From a virus: DNA of 64,000 nt. Positions within the stretch are counted from its first letter, which is position 1. Every line of letters begins with the position of its first letter. The stretch is from IMG/VR virus record IMGVR_UViG_3300023184_004167, positions 32,001-96,000 of that record; one strand, written 5' to 3'. Under the pieces are notes generated by a model, which saw only the letters and a list, made by a program, of their open reading frames with translations, searched no databases and had not been told where the DNA came from. A program made the translations under genes and the position numbers. Shown here one piece after another: positions 47,967-57,400 of the stretch.

Positions 47967-49349
47967 CTAATTAATTTGTCCACCCTGCTCTCTTTGTTTC
48001 CTTTTGTCTAAGAGTTCTTTAACTCTATCTTTCTTTCTTTCCTCTTGTTGTCCTTCAAATCCTAAGAAAGTTACAGATGATTCTGTGTCTATTTCAAGTA
48101 ATTCATTATTGAATTTACAATTCTCAAATATAACCCCATCTTTACCCAATCTTGACTTTGTTATTGCAATTGTTGCCAAGTTCATTTCCTTCTGTTGTAA
48201 ACTTTTTGCTATTGATATGATTACGTGTCCAACTTGTGCTTTCTTTATTGAACCACCCATTTGGTCTGTCGTAACAACTTCAGATGAGATTGAACTTCTA
48301 TTACCTTGTGTTGCAGTCCATCCAACTAAATTAAGTTCGTGACACATCGCCTCAAATCCTCTCATAACTGAGCCTTCAGCTTTCCACTCATCTTTACTTG
48401 TTGATTCAGGTGTTACACAATCAATATAATCTAACATAACTAAATCAATCTTATTACCATCGGCAATCATTTTCCTAACCATATTCTTAATTTGAGACAT
48501 AGTATATGTGTCAGATGCAAGTTTTTGTAAAACTAATTTGTTAGACATTGAGTTTTTAATTTCCTCAACTTTAGACATAACAGTTTCTCTGTGTAGATTA
48601 AGATTGTCTGGTTCAATTCCCGTCCAAAGGGTAAAGTGTTTTCTTTGAACAATTTTTGGATTGTCCTCAAAAAAGACTTGAAGAACATTATAACCAAGAT
48701 TAAATGCTGTGTTTGCGATTTTGGTTAAGATAGTTGTCTTACCAACCCCCGTGGGAGCTAATATAACACCTATCTCACCCTTCGCCAGTCCGCCCTTAAG
48801 TAATTTATCAATTCCTGGAATACCCATTGGTATTGGGTGTCTATAGTCATCATTTAACACATCCTCTAAACCTGAGAAGATATCAGTGATTCCTGTTTGG
48901 TGTTCACCAACTTGTAAAGCCTCCCTTACCAATCCCTCAACTTTATCATAAGATTCAAAATCTCCGTCTGTAATGATTTTTTGGGCCTTTTCCATTGCCT
49001 TCTGTAATTCTTGTTGTTTACAGAATTTCAACGCTTTTTCTTGAACAAACATGCTTCCTTCAAACGGAGCATCTTTTACTTGCTTTAAGGTATCCAAAAC
49101 AATCTTTAAAACTAATTCTTGAGTAATCTCTGACTTGATTAGTTGTTCCAAAGTATCAAAAGATGGTGTTGATTCATACTTTTTATAATACTCTTTGGTT
49201 AACTGGATTATGATTTTGAAATATTTATTATCAAAATAATTTGAGTCAAGAACATCCATTATTGTGGTTGAAAATGGTTTGTCAATAACAAGTTGATTTA
49301 TCAACTGTATCTGAAATGTGTTCCCTAAATAATCAAAATTTTTCTTCAT
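47967..49349 (-). CDS. dnaB: replicative DNA helicase (DnaB / T4 gp41-like)
   Basis: Walker A APTGVGKT, LDYID, TATQGNR, KSR. Confidence 0.92.
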   Translation of the reverse strand: MKKNFDYLGNTFQIQLINQLVIDKPFSTTIMDVLDSNYFDNKYFKIIIQLTKEYYKKYESTPSFDTLEQLIKSEITQELVLKIVLDTLKQVKDAPFEGSMFVQEKALKFCKQQELQKAMEKAQKIITDGDFESYDKVEGLVREALQVGEHQTGITDIFSGLEDVLNDDYRHPIPMGIPGIDKLLKGGLAKGEIGVILAPTGVGKTTILTKIANTAFNLGYNVLQVFFEDNPKIVQRKHFTLWTGIEPDNLNLHRETVMSKVEEIKNSMSNKLVLQKLASDTYTMSQIKNMVRKMIADGNKIDLVMLDYIDCVTPESTSKDEWKAEGSVMRGFEAMCHELNLVGWTATQGNRSSISSEVVTTDQMGGSIKKAQVGHVIISIAKSLQQKEMNLATIAITKSRLGKDGVIFENCKFNNELLEIDTESSVTFLGFEGQQEERKKDRVKELLDKRKQREQGGQIN

Positions 49350-49382
49350 AATGTATGTTTCCCCTTTATTGATAAATATCTT

Positions 49383-49832
49383 TTAAGCCAACTGATAATC
49401 CAAATATTCATAAGATAATCTATTATCTGAAAAGATGTCAGTCAATCCTCTCAAGATTTCTTTTAAAAACGGTCTTACGTCAACCGTATAACGAACTTTC
49501 GGTGGAAACATTTTTCCGTTAAAAATTCTATGACAAATTGTCTGTTCTCCTAACTTCACATAGAGGTTAAAATTCTCAGCGTCTTCGGTGTAAGAAGTAC
49601 TCATAACCGCAGGGTCGTGAGATATTGCATCTTTGTTATCCATCATATAGATAACCGTCTTCATTTTCAAGTCATAGGTTAAACTATCCTTGATGCTCTT
49701 CATAAACTCGTAGAGTTCATATGAGTTTTTTGCTTTGGGATTAAAACCCCTCACATTAAAGAATCTCTGAACAATGATGTTATCATTCAATGTCAAAAGA
49801 AACTCCATCTTTGTGCTGTCTTGCTCTTTCAT
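49383..49832 (-). CDS. conserved phage hypothetical protein
   Basis: Intact ORF in the replication cluster. Confidence 0.75.
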   Translation of the reverse strand: MKEQDSTKMEFLLTLNDNIIVQRFFNVRGFNPKAKNSYELYEFMKSIKDSLTYDLKMKTVIYMMDNKDAISHDPAVMSTSYTEDAENFNLYVKLGEQTICHRIFNGKMFPPKVRYTVDVRPFLKEILRGLTDIFSDNRLSYEYLDYQLA

Positions 49833-49835
49833 ATT

Positions 49836-50840
49836 TTAGTTTTTGTTGATTATTCTTTTTTCTTTCCTTGTTAATTTCAGAAATGGTTTCAGGAAGTTAA
49901 CCCAAGCATTGTCGTCTTTCGGCAAATACTTGAACAATCCGTCATCCATCATCATTTTCATTAGATTTTTATATCCCCTATCAGTGGGGTCAATTGTATC
50001 TCTATACATCTGTTCCACAAGTTCTTTTCCTTCGTCAGTTATTAATGGGTTAGATAAGTCTACAATCTTAAGGTTTGTATTATAAAACTCTTCTCCAAGT
50101 ATAGACAATTTTGATTTGCCTGTCAAAATATTTTCAATAACTTTTGGAACTTTCTTTTCTTGTCCGATAAGTCTCGCATTATCCAGTATTTCGGCAATAG
50201 TACAAGATTTAGTTTGCATTTGGGGGAATAATTTAACCAAGGTTTTTTCACCAAGTCCCTCAATACCTGAAATATTATCTGATTTGTCTCCTGTGAATAC
50301 TTTACAAAGTAATACATTTTCGTGGGGTATATCAACTTTATTGATAGATATTTTATCACCCAATTTATAATATTCTTTTTTAATTGGTGAATATATCTGA
50401 ACTTTTTCTGATATAAGTTGGGTTAAATCTTTATCAGATGATAAAATAATAATCTCTTCATTTATCGCTATTTTACAATAATGAGCTATGACATCATCTG
50501 CTTCGGTTTTATCAACCTCAACTTGTCTGACAAACACTTCCTCCAAATATTGTTTAACCCTCTGTTTTTGGGTTAAATATGACTCGTAGGACTCTTCATC
50601 CATTCCTTTCCTTCTGTTCGCTTTGTAATTTGGATATAATTGTTTTCTTACGGATGAATTTGAGTCTCCATCCCAACATATAATAACTTTATCGCTATTA
50701 TGTTCCTCAAGGAATCTACGAAGTGTATTAATGAAGTGATATATCGCACCAATGTTATTACCATCATAGTGCATTCCCTTAACCCCTGTATATCCTATTT
50801 TGTATAAATTTTCTCCGTCTACGAGTAAAGTTTTACTCAC
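49836..50840 (-). CDS. 5'-3' exonuclease / flap endonuclease (T4 RNase H, PolA N-terminal type)
   Basis: LLVDG, YKANR, EADDVI, SSDKDL and GDKSDNISGIEGLGEKT; GTG start. Confidence 0.92.
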   Translation of the reverse strand: MSKTLLVDGENLYKIGYTGVKGMHYDGNNIGAIYHFINTLRRFLEEHNSDKVIICWDGDSNSSVRKQLYPNYKANRRKGMDEESYESYLTQKQRVKQYLEEVFVRQVEVDKTEADDVIAHYCKIAINEEIIILSSDKDLTQLISEKVQIYSPIKKEYYKLGDKISINKVDIPHENVLLCKVFTGDKSDNISGIEGLGEKTLVKLFPQMQTKSCTIAEILDNARLIGQEKKVPKVIENILTGKSKLSILGEEFYNTNLKIVDLSNPLITDEGKELVEQMYRDTIDPTDRGYKNLMKMMMDDGLFKYLPKDDNAWVNFLKPFLKLTRKEKRIINKN

Positions 50841-50881
50841 TTTGTATTATTGATTGGTGATAAAATATTGTTCCTTAGTTA

Positions 50882-50910
50882 AGTATAGTTGTAATGGGGT
50901 TATAAGTCAA
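50882..50910 (-). promoter_or_regulatory. TTGACT-N17-TATACT promoter (putative middle class)
   Basis: Minus strand tttgacttataaccccattacaactatactt. Confidence 0.65.
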
Positions 50911-50912
50911 AT

Positions 50913-50939
50913 AAAAAACCCCTCTTTTAGGGAGGGGTT
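50913..50939 (-). terminator. intrinsic terminator
   Basis: aacccctc-cctaaaa-gaggggtt plus U run. Confidence 0.8.
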
Positions 50940-50958
50940 AATCAAATCTTTTAAAATC

Positions 50959-51429
50959 TTACAAGATATACGACACACATAATGATAAATTGTTGTTTGA
51001 GTTATCAAACTGATACCAATTTATGTATTGCATATTTACAGAAAAATGTCCTTTCTCTGTTCCTACATAAGAAGTCCACATTATTCTTCTAGACACGGGA
51101 GATTCTTTATTAAAGTAAGCAACACCAGAACTAGCACCAATATAACTTGTGTTGCTAATAAAACATCTTGCACCTAACAATATCGGCACATTAGTGAAAC
51201 TAACGTCTGTATCAGTTTTAAACCTAAGATATCCTGTGTTTAGTGTTAATTTAACATTTTTTGAGTATTTGTAATTAACCTCAAAAAGAGATGAACCAAC
51301 ATCAACCTTTGTAGTTTGATAAACATTTACCGGAATTGGTGTAACGATACCGACTTTGTAATTAAAATTCTTTTGGGCGTAACTATTAAGAGTAACAAAC
51401 GCCAACAATAACAATAACATTTTTTTCAT
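50959..51429 (-). CDS. outer-membrane beta-barrel protein (8-stranded type) with signal peptide
   Basis: MKKMLLLLLAFVTLNSYAQ signal peptide, alternating amphipathic strands (LNTGYLRF, VPILLGARCF), C-terminal beta-signal-like VSYIL. Confidence 0.75.
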   Translation of the reverse strand: MKKMLLLLLAFVTLNSYAQKNFNYKVGIVTPIPVNVYQTTKVDVGSSLFEVNYKYSKNVKLTLNTGYLRFKTDTDVSFTNVPILLGARCFISNTSYIGASSGVAYFNKESPVSRRIMWTSYVGTEKGHFSVNMQYINWYQFDNSNNNLSLCVSYIL

Positions 51430-51469
51430 AATTTATATATTTTTTTTAATAAATATCCAAGTTTTTAAT

Positions 51470-52465
51470 TTATTCGGTTATTTCTACTTCTTCTGTTTCA
51501 TCCAGTTTGATTTCACCATCACCGGATAATATTGCGTTCCAATATTGAGAATAATCTTTTTTATATTTTTCCAAATCTTCTTTGGTATCTTGAATATACC
51601 CATTATGAACTGCAATTATCTTACCGTCCTTATAACCAAGTCCGTTTACATGGTTTTTAAGAATAGAAACTTTAGTTCTGATTGCATAAGATACTGTTCT
51701 ACCATTCTTAGTTGCTGTAATATGATTAATACCCGCATTCTTTTGATTACCAAATAAGAATACTAAAGATGATGCCAACCATAATGCTTCACCACCCTTT
51801 GCTTTGATTGTTGGTTGTCCAAATGGATTGTCAGGTAATTCAACCCAAGGCTGATTAACAACAACCATTGAATTATAATAAGGGTAATCTTCTTTTTTTG
51901 ATTTTGATATTCTTGAATGAATCCCCATACCAATCTTATCCGCCAATGCCGATGCGTTATGCATCTTTCCACCCTTACCTTCAAATGTCATTTTACAAGG
52001 AATACTTCCCACACTATCCCATAAGAATAATAAGTTATATGGTACTTCACCCTTTTCTTGAGCATCTAATATTTGATTAATAAAATCTGTTGCCTGCTCA
52101 ATATAATCAAAGGAATCATTAAAGATAAAATCACCATCCCATTCTCCATCCGCATTTTTGGTTGCTTGCAAACCTAACTCAACAGCATGGTCCCAACTCC
52201 ATTTTTTTTCTGTTATGATAAATACAGGTAGGTGTCCCTTCTTTTGAGCATCCGCCGCAGCCAATATCATTGCAGTTGTCTTACTACTATTACTATGTCC
52301 CAAAAACATACTAATACCCCCCATTACAGGGCCTGGTATTCCACATCCATTAAAGAACGCTTCACCACAATTATAATAGTCTGTTTCTTTATATTTTGTT
52401 TTGGTTGAGAACTTGTCTTTTATTCCCCCCATTCCTCCATTGTCTTTTTTCTTAATTCCTGCCAT
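51470..52465 (-). CDS. recA: RecA/UvsX-like recombinase
   Basis: Walker A variant GHSNSSKT, LWDSVG, VVNQ, KGGEAL and KNHV motifs. Confidence 0.85.
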   Translation of the reverse strand: MAGIKKKDNGGMGGIKDKFSTKTKYKETDYYNCGEAFFNGCGIPGPVMGGISMFLGHSNSSKTTAMILAAADAQKKGHLPVFIITEKKWSWDHAVELGLQATKNADGEWDGDFIFNDSFDYIEQATDFINQILDAQEKGEVPYNLLFLWDSVGSIPCKMTFEGKGGKMHNASALADKIGMGIHSRISKSKKEDYPYYNSMVVVNQPWVELPDNPFGQPTIKAKGGEALWLASSLVFLFGNQKNAGINHITATKNGRTVSYAIRTKVSILKNHVNGLGYKDGKIIAVHNGYIQDTKEDLEKYKKDYSQYWNAILSGDGEIKLDETEEVEITE

Positions 52466-52478
52466 AAGTTTGTATATT

Positions 52479-52510
52479 AAAAAGGGTGGGGTAATTTTGT
52501 CCCCACCCTT
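52479..52510 (-). terminator. intrinsic terminator
   Basis: aagggtgggg...ccccaccctt hairpin plus U run, after the SSB gene. Confidence 0.8.
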
Positions 52511-52525
52511 ATCAGTTTAATTTAT

Positions 52526-53377
52526 TTAGAATGGTAATTCCGTATCGGGTTCATCATTCGCTTGTGGGTCAACATAATTTTTAGATTTTGAACTACCACC
52601 CATAGAGGTTGTAGATTCTTCATCATCACCATAAGCGTATCCACCTTTTTCGCTATCCCATTTCGGTGTCTTTCCTTGTGCAATTGCCTCAAGATATTCC
52701 ACAGGTTTTTTAGCGTAAACATCATTCCAAGTTAATGGGTCGTTAATCCACTCTTTAGCTTGTTCAGCGTCTGTGTGAACTGGAGCTGGGTCATCATACA
52801 TAACAGTTGATACTGTAGTATATTCTTTACCTTTTGGTGTTTTTGATTTAGTTAACTCTATAATCAAATCACGTCCTTTTTCAGGGTCGGTAATATCACC
52901 TTTGTTTCTCCAAATCGGAATGATTTTATCAAGGATACCATCATTTTTGTAGTTGTGTTTAAATCTCCAAAATTTTGGGCCGTCTTCTTCTTTGTCTCTG
53001 TCAATAACCTTAACAATGTAGAATTTGCGAGATTTGTATTGCTTTGCCAATTCTTTGTCAGATTCTTTTCCTGTTGACATAAGTTCTTCATAAACTTCAT
53101 TCAATGGAGAACGCTCATTTGCGTTTTTAGCTGGGTCGTAGAATTTTTGCCATTGTCCACCAACTTGGATTTCGTGATACCAAGCCTCTTTAAATGGTGA
53201 AGAACCATCTGGCGTAGGTAGGATTCTAATTCTTCTTTGTCCTGATTTTTCTTTATCACTTAATAAAAGTGCAAAATACTTCTTCATTCTTTCGTCTTGC
53301 GACATCTTGTTTTGGGCTCCGCCCGTTCCTTGCGAGGATTTTTCATACTGTGCCAATACGGCGTCTAATGCATTCAT
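52526..53377 (-). CDS. single-stranded DNA-binding protein (T4 gp32-like)
   Basis: RIRILP, WYH, VIDR, DPEKGRDL, and acidic C-terminal tail ending DTELPF. Confidence 0.85.
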   Translation of the reverse strand: MNALDAVLAQYEKSSQGTGGAQNKMSQDERMKKYFALLLSDKEKSGQRRIRILPTPDGSSPFKEAWYHEIQVGGQWQKFYDPAKNANERSPLNEVYEELMSTGKESDKELAKQYKSRKFYIVKVIDRDKEEDGPKFWRFKHNYKNDGILDKIIPIWRNKGDITDPEKGRDLIIELTKSKTPKGKEYTTVSTVMYDDPAPVHTDAEQAKEWINDPLTWNDVYAKKPVEYLEAIAQGKTPKWDSEKGGYAYGDDEESTTSMGGSSKSKNYVDPQANDEPDTELPF

Positions 53378-53406
53378 AAAAATTTATTTTTAATTGTTTA
53401 TACATA

Positions 53407-53435
53407 AATATAGTCATTAATTACCCTTATGTCAA
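53407..53435 (-). promoter_or_regulatory. TTGACA-N17-TATATT promoter overlapping TATTTAT
   Basis: Minus strand tttgacataagggtaattaatgactatatttatg. Confidence 0.65.
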
Positions 53436-53437
53436 AT

Positions 53438-53466
53438 AAAAAAGGTATCACTTTTTGTGATACCTT
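53438..53466 (-). terminator. intrinsic terminator
   Basis: aaggtatcac-aaaaa-gtgatacctt plus U run. Confidence 0.8.
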
Positions 53467-53489
53467 CATATATTATTATTTATAATTTG

Positions 53490-54152
53490 TTATTTTCTGT
53501 AGTCTTCTTCTTCATCTTCTCCTGAATTTGGAAGAAAAGTATCTTTAATTTCACTATCCGAAATATCTGTAACATCATCTGTTGTTAACACATAATCATT
53601 CTTTCCTGTTTTTTCCATATCACCTTTTTTATCCTCAAAAAAGTCAGATAACTTTTGATTAAATGGATATGAATCATATGTTCTTAACTCTAATTTTTCT
53701 TGTGGAGTTTTTTCTCTATATTTTTCAATCTTATTCTCCAATGAATTAAGTTTATTAACTATTACATCCATTTCAGATAATTTAGATTCAAGATTTGTAA
53801 GTTGTGAAAACAAATTGTTAAAATAGTCATCTTGTTTCTTTTCAATGTTTTCTTGAGATTTAACTAAATCTGTAACATCTAATTCTTCTGAGTCTCCTTT
53901 TCCTTCCTCAGATTTACCTTTTTCATCAATCTTTTCAACATCCTCATCTGCATCAACATCAATTGGTTGTGGTTCTGCCCCAGGTGCTGGTGGTGGGGGT
54001 GCTCCTGCCGCTGCGTCTGCAGGTGGTGGTGGAACATCTCCTCCCGGTGCAGGTGGTGGGGGCGGTGGTGGTGGAGCGTCTTGCTCCATTATGTATTTAT
54101 TTATACTCTTATATCTTTCTATTTCATTTAAGATTTTTCTATCTATTGACAT
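53490..54152 (-). CDS. acidic, polyproline-containing protein (possible head or scaffold-associated)
   Basis: ILNEIER N-terminus, PPPPPPPP tract, acidic region, coiled coil. Confidence 0.7.
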   Translation of the reverse strand: MSIDRKILNEIERYKSINKYIMEQDAPPPPPPPPAPGGDVPPPPADAAAGAPPPPAPGAEPQPIDVDADEDVEKIDEKGKSEEGKGDSEELDVTDLVKSQENIEKKQDDYFNNLFSQLTNLESKLSEMDVIVNKLNSLENKIEKYREKTPQEKLELRTYDSYPFNQKLSDFFEDKKGDMEKTGKNDYVLTTDDVTDISDSEIKDTFLPNSGEDEEEDYRK

Positions 54153-54154
54153 TG

Positions 54155-54379
54155 TTAATCATTTAATAATTGTTTTATACCTCTTACAGTTTCTACTTTA
54201 ATTTTTCTATTTGCGGTTGATTGATGTCCGGCTCTTTCAATCAATCCGTCCTTTTCTCTTACAACATAACAGTCTCCTGTTTCCAAATCACAAACTTCTT
54301 TTGTTCCGTCACCATTACTTTGTTCAGAGTATTTACCCTGTTTACCTAAATAATTGTTTAATTTTGATGTTAAGTCCAT
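54155..54379 (-). CDS. hypothetical protein
   Basis: CDLETGDC motif; TATTTAT upstream. Confidence 0.7.
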   Translation of the reverse strand: MDLTSKLNNYLGKQGKYSEQSNGDGTKEVCDLETGDCYVVREKDGLIERAGHQSTANRKIKVETVRGIKQLLND

Positions 54380-54421
54380 AATATAATTTATTAATAAATA
54401 TCATCAATTGTTGAATATTAC

Positions 54422-57400
54422 TTATATTATAACATTGCTTGTTATAATTGTAGTTTTTTGTTGTCTTGTTGTATCTGGTTGTCCGTTTTGTAAAATAGGG
54501 TCAGCGTATACAGTATATATAAATGAATAAGTTCCAGGTGATACCTGTGCTCGTAGTGAACAAGAATCTAACGCATCTTGATATGGTGTCATAAACCATT
54601 TTTGGTCACTTATTTTTGATGTTAATGCTCCTCCATCTCCACCACAAGGAGAATTTGACGCCAAATTAAATCTTATTGACACAATCTTCCATAAACCAAC
54701 ATTGGTTGATATGGTGACAACAATTCTATTGTCATTACCATTAGATGTTATTCTTTCAATTGTGAATATATTTGTAGTTGGTGGTAAAACTATCGGTAAT
54801 GGTGATGGTGTTGGTGTTGGTGTCATTTTTGCATTATTACTACCATATAATAATGCATTAAAATTACTAATAATTATTCCATTTTTTTCAGCATTTTTTA
54901 ACCCGTCATCTAACCTAGATAACACAAAAATAGGTATTTTATCTGTTGCTAAATAATTTGACACAGGTATAATTTGATTATCATCTTCCCATTCACACAT
55001 ATAAAACTGACCAATACCAATATTTGAACTAATTTTAGTAACCAATGGGGTTAATCTTGAAACCATAAAACCAATAAATGTGTCTATATCTTTAAAACTA
55101 GCAATAGGTAATGATTGAGTACCATTTTGAATTTCTGAATTTACACAAGAATAATATTTTGAAAAAAAAGTTGGGTATGTTGTTTTATATTTATTATCAA
55201 CTAATGTTATCATTGCAAGGTTATTATTAAACCCTCGAAACACATTATCTTTAAATGTTCTTATATAACATAGAGCATATATAATTGCTTGTAAATTAGA
55301 ATCAGTTGTTGCTTTTTTAATTTTATTCGCCAAATCTTTTTGATTTATAACAGATTCTGTTGCCCCACTTGATTCAAACTTCGCATCTATATAAATTTGA
55401 TTAACTTTTGTAGTACAACTATTCTCCGCCGCCTTAGTATTATTAGCGTTAATGGTTGCGTTAGTTGAATTACTTAAATTATTATTAACCACATTAGTTT
55501 TTTCTTCTCCGCCATTTAGTACCGCTTTTTCAAGCTTTGTTAATAAATTTTTATTTATACTTTGTAAAAAAGTATCAATCGCGGGTAAATCAAACACCCC
55601 TTGTCTTGTACCATTAAATGTTGTTTGAAATTGTCCCGGTGAAATTACGTGACTTACATCAGTAATAAGATAAGGCCCATTAAACATTGGTACGTGTCTT
55701 AAATTAAAATACATTGTTGGTTGTATCATTGCATTACCTAAACTAATAACCTGACATCCATAACTTCTTTGAGCATAATAATTATATAAACTAACATTTT
55801 GTGTCGCTGTTTCCCTTCCACTCGCCTGATTAATCATATTCATCAAGGTTGATGTTGATTCTGCAGTTCCCTGACCATTCTCTTGACTCACATTAAAAGA
55901 AGAAAACACATTTTGATTTCTAATTCCAATATCAACAGTAAAACCAACACATTTGTTAGATTTTGCATAATCTTTTTTTCCTTTTGGGTCTTCACTTAGT
56001 GGGTTTCCTGAATTTTTTTCTAATTGTATCCCATCACTTCTAAATAAAAAGTTTTTGCTTTCGGGTAAATCCACATAAGATGCCGGTCTACCAACAAAAA
56101 AACAAACCATTTTAGGACCAGCGTTTGTATAATCAACAGTTGTAAATGTTCCCCACATATTATTAGCAAAATCTGAAGAACCTCCACCAGGTATTGGTGA
56201 CTCTACCCCATCTTTAACTTGATAGTTATAAAAATTAACATACGCAGGCAAATTCATAATTGTGAAGTTGTTATGAATAAGTAATCCACCAATGAATGTA
56301 TAAACACTTGTTGTTAAATTTAAATTCTTTTCATTTAACAGGTCTTTTAATGTAAAAATATCTAATAATAAAGTATCTCCAATATTTCTTGACGCTCTAT
56401 CTAAAAATAATATGTCTTCAAAAAAAGTTTTACTTTTATAATCACCTCCAGCAATCCATTTATCATTTAACGCTTTGAACGCCTCATATAAATCAACTTT
56501 TGATTGTTGACCATCAACTTTGCTATCAATTACTTTTTCAGGAACTTCTTGATAATTGGGTAATTGATTTTTTACCGCAGTAAGAATACCCTCTAAAGTG
56601 TCATTTTGTAATTTATTACAAACACCCAAATATGTATTCAATGCTGTATTAAATTGTGTTGATGTAAGTGTCGGTGTTTCTAATTTTTGTGTTGCATACA
56701 TTTTAATTAGAGGTGATAATGATATAATATTATCTTGAGTAAATTTAATATTATTATCAATAAAGAAATCGGTAATATATGACCCAGTATTTTTATATTG
56801 TAATTCAGGTATTGTTGAGAACCCAACAGATAATTCTAATTGTTTCCATTCATTAGGATAATTAGCCATTGATTGGGTTAATGTAGTTGTTCCGTTTACT
56901 GAAGGTAAACTTCCTTGAGAATATGGTTCAAAAATTTTGGGTGTTGCCAAACCCCCTGAATTAACTAATTGTGCCGTTTGTTGTAAAGCTAAACCAATAT
57001 TTGCCGTGCTTTTAAATGTTGAATGTGATAAAAAGGAGTCAAAAATAAACCTATTATAATTTGAAGGATTACCATATTTAAAAATTACATCATATTGTAA
57101 AAACTTCAAAAGTACTGAAGAGAAATTATCTAACTGATTGTTAATTGATGATAAGAAATATGTCTCATTGGTTACACCTTGTTGTGGTGCATTAATTACC
57201 ATTAAATTTTTAAACAACATTTGGAAATTTTTAAATACAATTGTATTATCTCCTGTTGATTGTCCGTAATTTAATTTTGTTGCTGGTGTTGCGGTAACAT
57301 TGTCTTCAGATTTTGAGAAGTTTAAAAACTCAATTTCAAAGGTATCCAATATCTCTTTTTCAAAAACTGAAAATAACTCTTCAATTTTTGTATACTTATT

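Larger units (their letters stand above)
16361..54400 (-). promoter_or_regulatory. dispersed TATTTAT motif (putative late promoter) upstream of many genes
   Basis: Plus-strand ATAAATA at 16361, 18392, 23348, 27778, 34355, 43384, 43444, 45775, 47883, 49372, 51449, 53404 and 54394, each shortly upstream of a minus-strand start. Reversed at 27858 before the only plus-strand gene. Confidence 0.7.

Noticed and set aside
45985-52465. Inteins or introns in nrdJ, helicase or recA
   Set aside because: Protein lengths and motif spacing are normal, with no C/S...HN intein ends or homing endonuclease insertions.
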